Below, in pieces: positions 50,905 to 64,000 of a stretch of 64,000 bases of DNA (position 1 is its first letter; each line of letters opens with the position of its first letter). The position numbers were made by a program, and so were the translations under genes. The stretch spans positions 181,412,001 to 181,476,000 of the forward strand of contig OX597814.1 in NCBI GenBank assembly GCA_951406725.2, given 5' to 3'. The DNA comes from Octopus vulgaris (Eukaryota). The notes under the pieces were generated by a model. It did not search any database and was not told the origin of the DNA. It saw only the letters and a list, made by a program, of their open reading frames with translations.

Positions 50905-53900
50905 ACAATAATAATCTAGTTTTAACTAACCAAGTTTTTTTATTTTACCTAAAGGTTATTCAACTTTAACTGATCTTTGTTTTTTGTCTATTATTAATAG
51001 AAATCGATAAGAATATATTGTTTTTCTTCACAAAGAAAAGAACTAATTAAAAAAATTTTAGGATTAATAACTGAAAAGAATAACCTTGAAATAATGCTAT
51101 GTAGAATCTAAAAACAAGACACACAAAAAAAAAATATATATCTCAATGACAGAAGTAAACTTTAGCATAAAACCCTGAAAATATTAGTCATAAAACATTG
51201 GGTATAAAATTACTCAACCCAGAGCTCATAACAAAAAAATATCTTACTTAGTCTCTTCTATCTTGTATACTTTTTTACCCAAGTATCATACTTAGCCAAC
51301 TTTTTTTTCCGTAATCTAGCCTCTTCATGTCACACACATACCAGTGACATATTTACATTTTTTTTTTCCTCAATGAATTTATCTTTTGTAAGGACACTTT
51401 TCCCAATTTAATGGGATTATTACTAATAAACAAAACTTATTCAAATGTTTTCTTTTTGGTATTTCTTCAACCCTTTGTGGTAGTGGTGTTGGAGATGCTG
51501 AAGTCTTGGCCTTTCAAAATTAAAACACAAGACCAATGTTTTTCTTTCTTTAGAAAAGAAATTTGATATGCTAATTTTGACATTTTCAAATAGCAAAGCA
51601 CATATTGAACAACAAAATGAAAATAGTTTCTATGAGCACTACAACTAGACACAGGAAACAGATTTTAATACTAAGGAAAATAGTTTAAGAAACAAAATCT
51701 AAGGTGACAAACTAGTAAAATGCTTGCTCTATCCATATTGTATTTTGCTCATTTGCACACAATAATTTGACAGGCAGCAGTAAAGTGTAATGACAAGATG
51801 ATAGCAAGAAAATCTCTCTGTCAGGATATATTATATTCCAATTTGCAGAGAAATATTCATATATTGCTAATTAATGGATTATCCTCAGTTTTCTCAAATA
51901 TATACAAACTCGTTTTTGATTTATAAATTGAAGTTATAAAAATCAACACCCTGACAATAAACTTCAAATGTCTAATTATATAAATGCATAAAGTCATGAA
52001 ACATGGAACCAGTGTTCAATAAATAGTAACAAACAAATTATTTCGACTAGATAGGCACAGCCTGTTGACATCGATTCGTTTGTTGACTTTTATCTGGAGA
52101 CAGAAGTAGGCTTTCTTCTTGTCTAAGATAAATTTGACCATTAAACATATTTGCCAGCATACAAGCATCACAAGACTTATTCTATGTACAACTTTTTCCA
52201 AGAGTATTTTGATAGAAGAGATGTACTTTCTACCTATAGTTACTGGAATAAATAATGTCCCATGTCAAAAAATTTTGAGAGAAACATTTTTTGGAATAAA
52301 AATGTGTCTTATATGCTGTCAGATATAGAATCCAGTTTTATTACTGGTACTTGTTTTATCGACTCCAATAAATTGAAAGGCTAAGTCGACATTAACAGGA
52401 ATCAAACAGTATGATAAGGTGCCAAATTTGGTGCTGTATCAATAAGCACCAACCAATTTTAATTTTAAAAAATTAGTTTCATTTTATATTTTTTCAACGT
52501 GCTTTAAAAAATATTTGTTTTAAAATTCAATAACAATGTGATATCTCTAGTAGTTGATCTATAGCAATGGCTAAGGGATATATTAACAGTTAGAAAACTC
52601 TTAAAGAGATTTAAATTGTATTATAGTTGTTAAAGAGAGTGAAATTTTAAAATTTAACTGAAATAAAATTGTACCAAATACATATTAAATAAATATTGAT
52701 AAATATATACTTATGCAGGGACTCTGTAGTGCAATTAGCAATGCAGTAGCCTGGAAACCAATAGATACATGGTTTGAATCCTAATAGTGAACCTGTTTCT
52801 ATTTTATTTCTTAAATTGGTGTTTATAATATCTAATATCATTCAAATAAATATCTTTTTAGAATTATGAATTTGAATTAAAATTAAAATTTATATAGTCA
52901 ACTTGAAATAAAAGTGAAATAAATATTTCAGTTAAAGCAAACTTATTTTGCTCATTCTGAACTCTAGGAAAAAACCAAGAGAACTTTGAAAATGAACTAA
53001 GAGGACTTCCTAATATATATTGTAAAATTGAGGAAAGAACAGTATATGTTTTAGCTTTACTCTCTGTAAAACCTTTCAAAGTGATTACATTATCAAATAA
53101 ATAATAAAAAGTATACACTGGATAATTTGTACCACTAATTATCATTGGTTTACAAATATACTGGATATCATAGCCTCGTTGTTTAAAAAATTGCTCTTCT
53201 CTATCTCCCTCACTCACTTTCACATCAATATGCATAAATAAATCCACAAATAAATATATTTACATAAGATATTAATTCAATGCATGTTCATACACAAAAA
53301 CAAAAACATACAATCATAAGATAGAGAAAGGATCATACAAAAAATGCTACAATACAGGATCATTTTACTTGGTGCTTGCATAGAGTCTGAGATGTACAAG
53401 TGTCTAAGTAACAAAACATTTCAAATTACATATGTTGGGTTTTTAAAGGGGCATTTAAGAACCTATATCCCACACATGCAGAAAGAAAGGAAAACAATAG
53501 AAGTAGGTTGTAGCAAAACTATGTCAGAGTTCAAGTACTGAACTATAGAGTTCAACAACTGAAATGTGTCCTAAGTGTAAATTTTAATACTTTGCATGAA
53601 TAAAAAAGTTCTTAAAGATTTTTGTTTCTATATGTGTATATTGTATAACTGAATTTGTTCAAAACTACTTCAATGCTTTATTCCCTTCCTTTTCAAAATG
53701 TAAAAGTTAAAACAAGGGAAATAATTGAAGCACTTGATTGGAAACAATCAATGCAGTAATAACAAATGTATAGAAAGGTTTGTTTTTTGTTGTATTATTC
53801 TTCACAAATAATTATAGCACTAGTGACTTGATACGGAGTATTTTAATGCAAATGGACACAATAATAATTAAATTTATAAAATTGGTTTTTGTTTTTTTCT

Positions 53901-55629
53901 TTTTTTTTAGGCTTTGAAACCAATTAGAAATTCTACAATATGGATTCATTCTATGTGAAATACTTGTTTTAACTAACAAGCAAGTAGTTTAATAGTTATT
54001 TTGTTTGGTAGAGAAGCTATTGACCGTAGGGTTCAATAATAAAATATTGCATTTTGTGTGAAATCATCTCTAACGTATGTGTTTATGAGTGTGAATTTTT
54101 TTTCTTCACTTAAATCTTCATGGATGTTATCTGTAAAACGATAAGACAGAAAATTCTTATTGATTAGCTATTTATAAAGAATTTCCAGTCTCTTATTGTG
54201 GCCTAAATACTACTGAGTGGTATTTACATCTATTCTAATAATAACAATTTTCATTTTTCAAATCCTACTGAGTACTATTCAACTATTAAAAATTCAAGGT
54301 TTAAAACTATAATTTTATCTCTTTTGTATCATTAGACAAGCTCTAATATCTACATACTCATTATCATATTACTAATATTTCTTTGTAATTTGAGGGATAG
54401 TTGGTAAAAGAAATAATTTATAATGTTTAGATTATCCTGTTCAGAAAGTATTCAGTACTATTGGGTAGAATACTGCTTCAGTCAGTCTCCATCAAACTGC
54501 GTACGTGAGTTTTTGTGTGCATGCATGTGCATTGTGCATGCGTTCATGTGTATGCACAGGTGCACAATAATGTACATTTCAATGGGAAGTACACACAATA
54601 TCAGCTATGAAATGACCTACATCCAACATCCCCTAAATCCATCTATAAAAACCTTTTAGCTAAAGTTATAAACAACACACAGACACTGCTTACCAAATAT
54701 ATAAAAAAAACACCCAGAACTAAAACTATTTTATCAGAAATTCTTTAAACCTCTACTTACCAATCACTAGTTTCGATCTGTATGAACATTTGTAAATTCC
54801 CCAAAGGGTCATTCAAGAGAATTCTTCATTGAATTTTTCACACAAATTTTTCAATGAAATTTTATAAAGATGACATTATACATAGATGTTGGTTTTGAAA
54901 TTTTTTAATATATTTTTATATAAGACTAGTGATTCTCACCAAGTTCTTTTCAGCATTATTGAAATAGATTCAGTTGATGCCTTTCTAATATATTTAGATT
55001 TTTTCAGTTGCATTCAAAGTAACCTGCTTCACTCCTTTATCTTTCCTGATCAGTTTATATATTAACCACTTGTAATGTTAGCAAGTGTTATATATCATGT
55101 GGCTGACAAGTAATTGTCTTCAGTCCAACAGTGGCTGAGGAAGTGAATAATCATCAAAACATCTAGAGGTTCTACAAGATAACTTGTAGTAAATATTCCA
55201 AACCTAACTAATGCACTCACTCCTCTTCTCATCAACTGTAGTTTTTGCTTTATTCTTCAAGAGCTGTTATTCTTGCTGTTGTTTATAACCTCAAGACCTA
55301 TGATCAAAGCCATTCCAGTTGTAAACATTCAGTCTTTCGTTTTTACCTCAGCCACAATGTATCTAAAACTACATTATCCAGTATATGTTGCCTTTTTCTG
55401 ACACAGCATGGTTTAATTTGATATTGTAGTTACTATTTTTAAAGTTCATGCATGTTCATAGTGACTCCATCTTTAGCATGTTTGTAGAGGTTTTTTCTTT
55501 GTGTAACACCAAATCAGCTTTGTAAGAAAATTCATGGTATGCAAGTAGTCAGCCACATAACAAGGTATGTAGGGCAGATATTGCTGGCAATTTGGCTGCA
55601 GTTATTAGCAGGTTAGCTGACTGCACAGT

Positions 55630-55940
55630 GCAACAATTCTCAAATGGTGTGTTGCAGCACCTTGGTGATTTACAAGGATACCTAGGTGCACCAAAGGTTT
55701 TTAAAATGAAATTTAAGGCTATAGAAAATCCTTACGAATGCTTGAGTGTTTTGAAAAATATGTTGATCATAATTTTGTTATAAACAAATTTATAAAACAT
55801 AGTAAACAATAATTTTCTATATATTTTTCTTTCAAATTTTAAAACTTTAAAACAGTTTTATTAACTTTCCATGGGAAGTGTGCCAGTAAACTTTTGATTT
55901 CCAGAGTGTCATGAAATCAAAAAGATGGAAAGTATTTGTG
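55630..55940. mobile_element. Possible degenerate hAT-like MITE
   Basis: caacaattctcaaatggtgtgttgcagcacc ... gtgtcatgaaatcaaaaagatggaaagtatttg resemble decayed hAT MITE ends. Confidence 0.35.
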
Positions 55941-56469
55941 TAAGGGCTCCCTCATTTTTTTTGTGTTTTTGATAAATGTGTATATACATCTACATATATA
56001 TTGATTATATAGTAACGCTTTTTTTTTCTGTGTATCATTTTTTATCCCGACAAAGAGGGTTTATTAAAGATGTATATTAGTCAAAGGAGCAGTTGTTAAT
56101 AATTCTTTCTATATTCTTTAACACAACTGCAATGCTCTTATTCATATAGTAGCTACACCTATTACTATAAGAACTATCATACATGATATCATTACTATAG
56201 GGACTACTTTATTATTTAAGAAAAGACAAACTGTTTGCAAGCTAAAACCTTCCAAAAAGTAAAACTGCCAATATTGAAGATATATGCCAGTTTGTGATAT
56301 GTTTTGGATAATCAATAAGATGTAATAATAGCAGATGCTACATTTGGAATTTACTAACAATCTTGATGTCCTTACAAAAAGGACAGCTGAAATTTCCAGA
56401 AGTTATATAATAAAACATTTTGTATGTTTGGTAAAAACACAAATCTAAATGTATACATCAGAAAATTAT

Positions 56470-57975
56470 AATAAATAATCTGTCATGGAAAGTAAACAAA
56501 CACTTTAGTTACTTCGTTATAATAAATACTTCACCATATTGAATAAACAAACAATTTAACCAATCAGTTATAGTTTATCACAATTAGTAAACAAACACTA
56601 TAGTCAGTTATAACAAACAGTTGATTAGACACACTGTAATGCTTTAGTCATTTGAAATCAGTGAATGAAATGGCTTTAAGGAATAAGAGGTACACTAAGA
56701 TCTGTGAGGCTCAGTTTGAGGAAGAGTGGAAAAGGTGTGGAGGTTAGATACTATAAGCACCCCCTATGCACACCTATCTCTGAGCTGAGAAACAGGGAGA
56801 CACCCTCTCTCTCTGTGTACACTCTCCATCTCTGGTTTGAATAAATAGTTCAAGATTCACAGTAAACACTAGTTATTTAGTTATAAGAAATACGTTGCTA
56901 TACTCATTAACAAACACTTTGGTTCATTAGTTATAATAAATAAATCATACAATGAGTAAACAAACATTTTACTCAGTTTTAATAAATTATTAATCATACT
57001 GAGTAAACAAACGGTTTAGACAGTTATAATTAATAGTTCACTATACTGAGTAAACAAACACATTACTCAGTTATCACAATATAGTCCACCATATTCAGTT
57101 AACACACTCTACCCATGTCTGTAGCAATAACTAGTTCCTCATACTCAATAAACACACTAATATGTCAGTAACAATAAATAGTTAACCACACTCAGTAAAC
57201 ACACTCTAGTATGTCAGTAAAAAGTTTGGTCATTAGTTTACCATACACTGTAAATGCACTGTAAAATGTCAGTTCACCATGCTTAGTAAACAAACACTAA
57301 CATGTCAGCAATAACAGTTAACCATATACTGTAAATAAATAAACACTCATTTGTCAATCATAATACATAGTTAACCATACTCAGTAAATACATACTAGTA
57401 TGTAAGTGATAACAAATATTTCGTCATACTGACGTCATAGACAGTTAATCGTAATAAACAGTTCACCATACTCAATAAGTACACCCTAGTATGCCAGTAA
57501 TAATAAATATTTCAGTATACTCAGTAAACACACTGTAATACACCTGTAATAATAAATAGTTCACCCATACTGAGTAAACACATTGTAGCATGCCTATAAT
57601 AATAAACAGTTTCACCATACTCAGTAAACACACTCTCTAGTATATCAATAATAATAAATAGTTCACACTCAGTAAACACAGACTTGAGTATGTAATAATA
57701 AATAGTTCATTATGCTCAGTAAATACACTCTAGTATGCTGGGAAAAATAAATATATTACCATACTCAGTAAATACACACACTAGTTTGCCAATAATAATA
57801 ATAAGTGGTTCACCCATACTCAAATACGTACTCTAGTATGTAATAATAAATAGTTCACTATATTTAGTAAATACACACTTGGTATGTCAGTAATAAAAAA
57901 TAGCTCACCATACTCAGTAAATGCACTTTAGTAAGTCAGTAATAATAAGTGGTTCACTACATTGAGTAAACACAT
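56470..57975. repeat. Minisatellite with a ~45-55-bp unit, roughly 25-30 copies; degenerate outliers extend to ~59650
   Basis: Consensus aataataaatagttcaccatactcagtaaacacactctagtatgtcagt. Confidence 0.92.
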
Positions 57976-58199
57976 TATTCTGCAGTTAGTTGCAGCAGAA
58001 CATTTAAGATATTTGAGAAACAAACACATCAGTGTAAGTCATCATAAAAAGCCCAAAATGCTCAACAAACACAGTAATGTCAAAATATACAACACAACAG
58101 AAAACAGTTCAGTTTGCCCATTATAACAGGTAGTTCATAATAACAATTAGTATACCATGTGTATTCCATTTTTTAAAATTGGTACACCATATTCCTACA

Positions 58200-58530
58200 T
58201 GTCATAAGAGGTAATTAGGAGAGTAGGCATCAGGAATTGTATCTGGTCATAAAACACTGCCTTAAAATGTCCCATTCAACCCATGCCAACATAGAAAAGT
58301 GGACATAAAAATGGTGATGATGAATATAGGCAAAAGGCTAGATATTTGGTAGTAAGGAGTGTAATCAATCTTATCAACCTCAGTGTTACTTGACTGGTAC
58401 TTTTTGTGGTCTGGAAGGATGAAAAGCAGTCAACCTCAACAGGATTCACAGCCAGAACACGAAGGGACATAATTCAATACTGTAAGGTATTTTGTCAGTA
58501 CCTCTACATATTCTACCAAGCCACTACCTT
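58200..58530. mobile_element. Decayed LINE 3' module (+) and tRNA-SINE (-) fragments
   Basis: caacccatgccaacatagaaaagtggacataaaaatggtgatgatg; gactggtact...gaaggatgaaaagcagtcaacctc. Confidence 0.6.
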
Positions 58531-60031
58531 CATTTCACAATAATCATTTAAAATCCAGTCAGACTGTTATAAGTTGTTTACCATTCTCAGTAAAGAATGA
58601 CATTAATGAGCCAGTTATACAGTTCACCATGCTCTATAAACAAACATTTACATAAACACACACACACACAAAACCCTATGCCTGAAAACCCCATGCATCC
58701 ACAAGTGAAACTCAGAGTAGCAAGAGAGTGACTTGACCAAAACAGCATGCATGCATACAAACATACATTGAACTTAGCAAATTAAATATTACTCAGTTAA
58801 AATAAACTGTTTGCCATACTCAGTACAAACACACAACCTTCTATAAACAGTTCATTCATCTTTAAATAAATACTACAGTTCACTGTATCCAATAAATAAA
58901 ACCTCAAACATTCATTTCCCCATCCATGCTCTGTATGTGTAGGATGGTGTTCTTCTCTGAAGCTATCTTTATAACTTTCTGAAGCTAATCACAGAACTGT
59001 AAAGAAGGAATAAACATGTTGTTAGTCCAGCTTGGGTTCATGCTTAGCTTAAATGTGCAACACAACGGATTTCGAACGGCTCAAACTTATGACGATGTGC
59101 CCAATAGCGTAATTGCAAACTTATAGGAGCTCACATGTAGAAACAGTTACAACAAATTGTTTATCATACTCGCTCAACAAATATAACAATCAGTCCATTA
59201 TAATAAATGGCCCACAATATTCGGTTAATGCACAACACTGTTAGACAGTTCCCCATTCTCGAGAAACAAATAACCCGGTCAATAAATAATTCATTATGCT
59301 CAGTACACACACACACAGACAGACACCAGTTCGGTCAGTCATGAAAATTAGTTTACTATATTTGTTTAAAAAATGCCACCGAAGTCTGTCAGTTATGATA
59401 AATAGTTTCTCATACTCAGTCTACACATACTATAATAGTCAGTCACTTCATGAATCCCAACAAAGAATGCACCACAGTCAGCCATTTACAATAAACGATC
59501 CCCCAATGCTCAGTAAACACATATCACTTAATTAACAGTTCACTAGAGACAGTAAACGACCCTCCGCTACTCAATAAACAATTCACCAACACACGCTCAC
59601 AATGTACATATCAAGATAAGTTATAGTACTTAGTTCACCAGATTGAGCAACATACACCCCCCCCCTCGATCAAACAGGATAAATAAACTGTATGTAGTGA
59701 ACACGTCCAGTGGTCTATTGTAAAGAGCTAGTTTTCATTCTCTTTCTTCTCCTCGTCATCATCTTAATTGTATTTGCTATTTACGCTTTGTCACTTTTTT
59801 CCCCATTTTGAAAAGAATTCTTTTTTTTATTATATGCTGCCATTTAGATTTAGCAGTTTTAGTCAATCTCCTTTATCTACTCACACAATACTGTCCAGTT
59901 TTCTTAATCAATATCTCATTCACTAGCTTAATCCCAAACCTTCTCAGATCAGTTGCTAAACAGCTTTATAACAGACTCTTCTCACACAGAGAAGCTTGAG
60001 AGAGTTATATTTTTCTCTTTTGTTTTTGTGT

Positions 60032-60514
60032 TTACAATATTGAACAATAAGGAGATGCATATGACGCATATGATGCCATATAGTTCCATCTTCCTTCAGT
60101 CTCAGTTTTCCTTGTTTTCTCAGTTTGTGCATGAATTTCATCTTCCCAAACTTCGTCGTATTCTCTCTCGCTAATCTCACTGTCATCATCATCGCTGCTC
60201 TCCAGACTCCAGTCAGCAGGATAGGCAAGCATCCTCTCACAAGATGAGGAGGTTGAGGTTATCATTGTATTTCTGCTTCGACCGGCACCGCTGCCACCAC
60301 CGCCACTGCCGCCGCCACCACCACTACTGCTGCTGCTGCTACAGAAGCTGGCGCCAAGCTGAGAGGCAGAGCTTGGAGAGGTGTAACTCAGAGCTTTCAT
60401 TCTGGAACTGTGGAATTTGTGGAAATGCTTGCCATCTTGACAGTCCATCAGGTATCCAATGATGGGCAGGGGAAGAGGGGATGCCCATGGATTAGGTTCT
60501 GGGATCGCTAGATT
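60032..60514 (-). CDS. Probable terminal coding exon (160 aa) of an unidentified gene, with a Ser/Gly-rich linker, an acidic tract and a C-terminal CaaX box (CSIL)
   Basis: Minus-strand acceptor ttcatttgttttgcAG|AAT (phase 0); GC-richer, protein-like ORF NLAIPEPNPWASPLPLPIIGYLMDCQDGKHF...YCSIL*; no TE motifs. Confidence 0.75.
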   Translation of the reverse strand, partial: NLAIPEPNPWASPLPLPIIGYLMDCQDGKHFHKFHSSRMKALSYTSPSSASQLGASFCSSSSSSGGGGGSGGGGSGAGRSRNTMITSTSSSCERMLAYPADWSLESSDDDDSEISEREYDEVWEDEIHAQTEKTRKTETEGRWNYMASYASYASPYCSIL

Positions 60515-60602
60515 CTGCAAAACAAATGAAGTCATAAAACAGTAAATAAATAAATAAATAAATAACAAGGCGGGGTATGAACTCAGAGACATAACTAAAT
60601 AC

Positions 60603-60840
60603 CTATTTCTTTACTACTCACAAGGGGCTAAACACAGAGAGGACAAACAAGGACAGACAAACGGATTAAGTCGATTATACCGACCCCAGTGCGTAACTGG
60701 TACTTAATTTATCAACCCCGAAAGGATGAAAGGCAAAGTCGGCCTTGGCAGAATTTGAACTCAGAACGTAACGGCAGACGAAATACCGCTGAGCATTTCG
60801 CCCGGCATGCTAACGATTCTGCCAGCTCGCCGCCTTCTAA
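60603..60840 (-). mobile_element. Apparently full-length tRNA-derived SINE with a 12-bp TSD
   Basis: A-box-like tggcagaatcgttag and B-box gagttcaaattc on the minus strand; CpG-rich; ataactaaatac at 60591-60602 and 60841-60852. Confidence 0.9.
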
Positions 60841-60992
60841 ATAACTAAATACTGTCAGCTATTTTAACCGATACTCTACTGAAGCTGTCTAATTTTTGGT
60901 ACATAACAATAAATTAAGGGTGACTGATTCAATCCTTACACTTGACTGATACTTATTTTATTAGCATGGCACTGCAGTGGTTTATTTTTGTA

Positions 60993-61220
60993 TTAACCCT
61001 TTCATTACTGTATTTATTTTGAGATGGTCTGTATTTCTTTCAATTACTTTAAATATAACAAAGAATTTAGTAAAATAACTTAGTTATCATTAAACTGGTG
61101 TTGGGAACATAAATTGTGACTAAGGTTTGGTGGAAGATTTTAATTCAAAACTTATGAAAACAAGACATTTATACTCAGAGTCAGAGCCAGTTTCAGCCAG
61201 GTTGGTAACGAAAGGGTTAA
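60993..61220. mobile_element. piggyBac-like MITE with TTAA TSD
   Basis: TTAA|ccctttcattac ... gtaacgaaaggg|TTAA. Confidence 0.85.
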
Positions 61221-61409
61221 AGAAAAATAAGAAAAATAAAAAGGTACCTGCTTTAATTGGTATTGCAATAGATCAGCCATTGACTTTTGGTTTCTGCGAT
61301 CTTTGAAAGACAATGGTGAACGACCATCCTGAATGAAAAGAAGATATGAACAGTGTATGATAAATGAATGATGGAAAGAATGATAAAAATAATAAATAAT
61401 GGCTTCTTA

Positions 61410-61565
61410 GCCACTGTGTGATTAAGAAGCCATTATTTGCAAAGATGTGGTTTAAGCCCCACTGCATAGTACCTTAGTACCTTCCGAAAGTGTTTTCTAT
61501 TATAGCCTCAGGCGGACCAATGCCTTTTAAGTGAATTTGGTAGACATAAACTTTGTGGAAGCCTC

Positions 61566-61623
<58 letters not shown>

Positions 61624-61830
61624 TGTGTCTTTGTGTCATTGTTTGTCTCCCAATACTGCTTGACAACCAGTGTTGGTTTGTTTAAGCCTCTGTAACTTAG
61701 TGGTTTGGCGAATGAGTCCAATAGAATAGATACCAGACTTAAAAAAACAAGTACCGGGGTCAATTAAAACCCTTAAAGACAGTGTGCCAGCAATGCCACA
61801 GTTCAATGACTGATACAAGTAAAAGACAAA
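61410..61830 (+). mobile_element. CORE-like SINE with an internal (GT)n microsatellite
   Basis: ctgtgtgattaagaagc...agtgttttctattatagcctcaggcggaccaatgcc...(gt)n...ccagcaatgccacagttcaatgactga. Confidence 0.75.
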
Positions 61831-62319
61831 ATGATAAATTTAATAAATAATGAAAAGAATGTTAAAAAAAATTAATAATATTAGACTTTTAGCTGTTAGT
61901 AACTGGATTATATATTTTTGCAATATTTTTACTGGATACATCACAGGGCTGTGGCCATGCTGGGGTATTGCCTTTTAAAGAATAGTGGATTATATTGACC
62001 CCAATACATTTTTATTAACTGGTTGTTATTTTATTAATACTGGAAGAGTGAGCAGTAAAGATAACCTAGGCAGGATTTGAAATTAGCCAATCAATACATG
62101 CATTCACCAATCTATTCATCCATATATACATATCCAACAGGTTTCTGCAAAGTTTTCATCAATCAGATTTTATTCACAAGGTCAACTTGAAGCTATGGTA
62201 GAAGACACTTATCCAATGTGACACATAGTGAAATCAAAATTAGAACAATGTGTTTATTAAGCACTCAACTTCTACATTATAGGCCATAAATGTACAGAAA
62301 TATGCAAACATACATATAC

Positions 62320-63130
62320 ACTAGTATATCTAAATTTCTTGTATAAACATGCCCTATTTCTTTATAACAAAATTCTGAATTATTACAATTACAATCTCCT
62401 AGATATATTTTTTTTAAACTTTCGAGACTGACTTTTGATAGGAGCTTGTTATAATTAAATAAGGTACTACTTATCTTCTTACCAAGCTTATAACAAATTT
62501 TGACATTTATATGTCTAAAATTTTCTGGCAAAAGTTTTTTTTTTTTTTTTTTTCTAATTACATTATCTAAATTAACATCAATGAAATTACTAACATAGTA
62601 TCTTTAAATACTCAACTTTAACATTATTGGCTTTCACTTCAGCCATTTTCATTAACCAATTACAAAAACTATCCACTAAAAAACTAACTTCAAATAACTC
62701 TCTATGGCATATATTTATTATTTCTTTAAGTTCTGCATAAGAACACTCTCTTAACATTATATATCAACCATAATATTCTTTCTTTATATATAAATCATTA
62801 AGTTTATCCCAAATCAATGAAGCATCTTTTCTAACCTTATTTCTGTTCTTAATCCTACGTCCATGGCTATGTTTCCTTCTAATCACTGGTTATGAGAAAT
62901 ATATTCCTCCTGTATCAGTATTACTAGATGTTCCCTACACCTAAAATTTTATCATTAAGGCCTAGAGGGTATCTGCTACATAATACCTTAATCCCAAACC
63001 ACTCTTCTTCTAAAAGTTTCTGTCTAATATTATCCATACTGCTATTTATTTGACCAATTATTTGAAGCTTATTGTTTTTAAACCCTAAGCTATGCTCTCT
63101 AAAGTGTTCATAAATTTTGACAATGTTCTC
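62320..63130 (-). mobile_element. Decayed Penelope-like ORF fragment (region N-terminal to RT)
   Basis: ICYKLGKKISSTLFNYNK...CNCNNSEFCYKEIGHVYTRNLDI resembles the C.C..S.F....GHV.TGDL motif recalled from PLE ORFs. Confidence 0.6.
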
Positions 63131-63609
63131 TTAATTTTTCTCTACCAAATCCATTCATGAAGCTTTGGTCAACCCAGACCTATATTATATTTGGGACTGA
63201 ACCCAAAACCACATGGTTAGGAATCAAATCTCTTAACTACGTAGCCATGCTTGTATCAGGCCTTATTTTTAAAATTCTAAAAAGACTAATATATTACCTG
63301 AAAAGACTAATATATTTACAATTTTTATTTCAAATGGCTTTACATACATTTTTGTTATTCAAAACAAATAAGTTTAATGCCAGGCTTCTAACAAGAAAGA
63401 TTGTAAAGTTCTTTTGAACTGAATGTTAATCAGAAAAAAAAACATTCTTTTTTGTTCTATAGATTTAGTCTACATTTAAAGTTCCAAATACACATTGAAA
63501 TGTAAAGGGCAAACATTTTCACAAAACCTCCTTCAATGCTACTCCACCACACAATTGAGGAATCTTGTCTTGCATGTAATTTGGTGACTTTGTTGGTACT
63601 AGTGTTGTA

Positions 63610-63785
63610 TAAAAAGCAAACAGTACACTCTGTAAAGTGGTTGGTGTTAGGAAGGGCATCCATCTGTAGAAATCCTGTCAAAGCAGACAGTGAAGCATAA
63701 AGTCCTCTGGATTGCCAGCTTCTATCAAACTCTCTAACCTATGCCAGCATTGAAAATGCATGTTAAATGATGATGGTGATGATGA
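63610..63785 (+). mobile_element. LINE/SINE 3' module with GAT tail
   Basis: gtacactctgtaaagtggttggtgttaggaagggcatccatctgtagaaa...gatgatggtgat. Confidence 0.75.
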
Positions 63786-63951
63786 GATTCCTGAGATTCG
63801 CCAACACTACACCTGATTTTCTCCCCTCCATACACACGTAAGCATGTATCTGACTCATACACTGTTCACTTCCCAGACGTTTGTACATTACTGCATATGC
63901 TTTATATGCACTTTAGACAACTGGTGCACCTGAGCACTGTATACAATAATT

Positions 63952-63988
<37 letters not shown>

Positions 63989-64000
63989 ATGATGATGAAA

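Noticed and set aside
56470-57975. CRISPR array
   Set aside because: The whole unit is repeated with no unique spacers, there are no cas genes, and the context is eukaryotic.
56470-57975. miR-30 sponge (UGUUUAC seed matches on the minus strand)
   Set aside because: miR-30 is to my knowledge a vertebrate family and the host appears to be a mollusc; a host miRNA with this seed would have to be shown.
60244-60462. Plus-strand Arg/His/Cys-rich ORF
   Set aside because: It is the antisense shadow of the poly-Gly/Ser codons in the minus-strand exon.
60690-60840. tRNA gene
   Set aside because: A/B boxes are present, but they form the head of a multi-copy SINE with a TSD and no cloverleaf is evident.

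Overview
AT-rich, repeat-laden eukaryotic DNA, most likely from an octopus or other coleoid cephalopod (inferred from the SINE, RTE and MITE repertoire and the microsatellite load). The + strand carries the 3' part of a C3G/RAPGEF1 gene: nine phase-compatible GT-AG exons (7662-24242) encoding the REM and CDC25/RasGEF domains, plus a candidate 30-nt microexon at 1523-1552. The - strand carries the apparent last coding exon (60032-60514) of a convergent, unidentified gene ending in a CaaX box (CSIL). Between them lie two TE-poor tails (possible long 3' UTRs), a TE island at about 36.7-48.3 kb (RTE LINEs, mariner, Tc1, Penelope-like and CR1-like fragments, MITEs), and a ~50-bp minisatellite dense in Forkhead-like and AU-rich motifs. 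No CRISPR array, rRNA or intact tRNA was seen. The main leads are the microexon, triple in-frame acceptors, a 5'-inverted RTE insertion with a TSD, the CaaX protein, the motif-dense minisatellite and several fold-back structures. Repeat boundaries were read by eye and are approximate.
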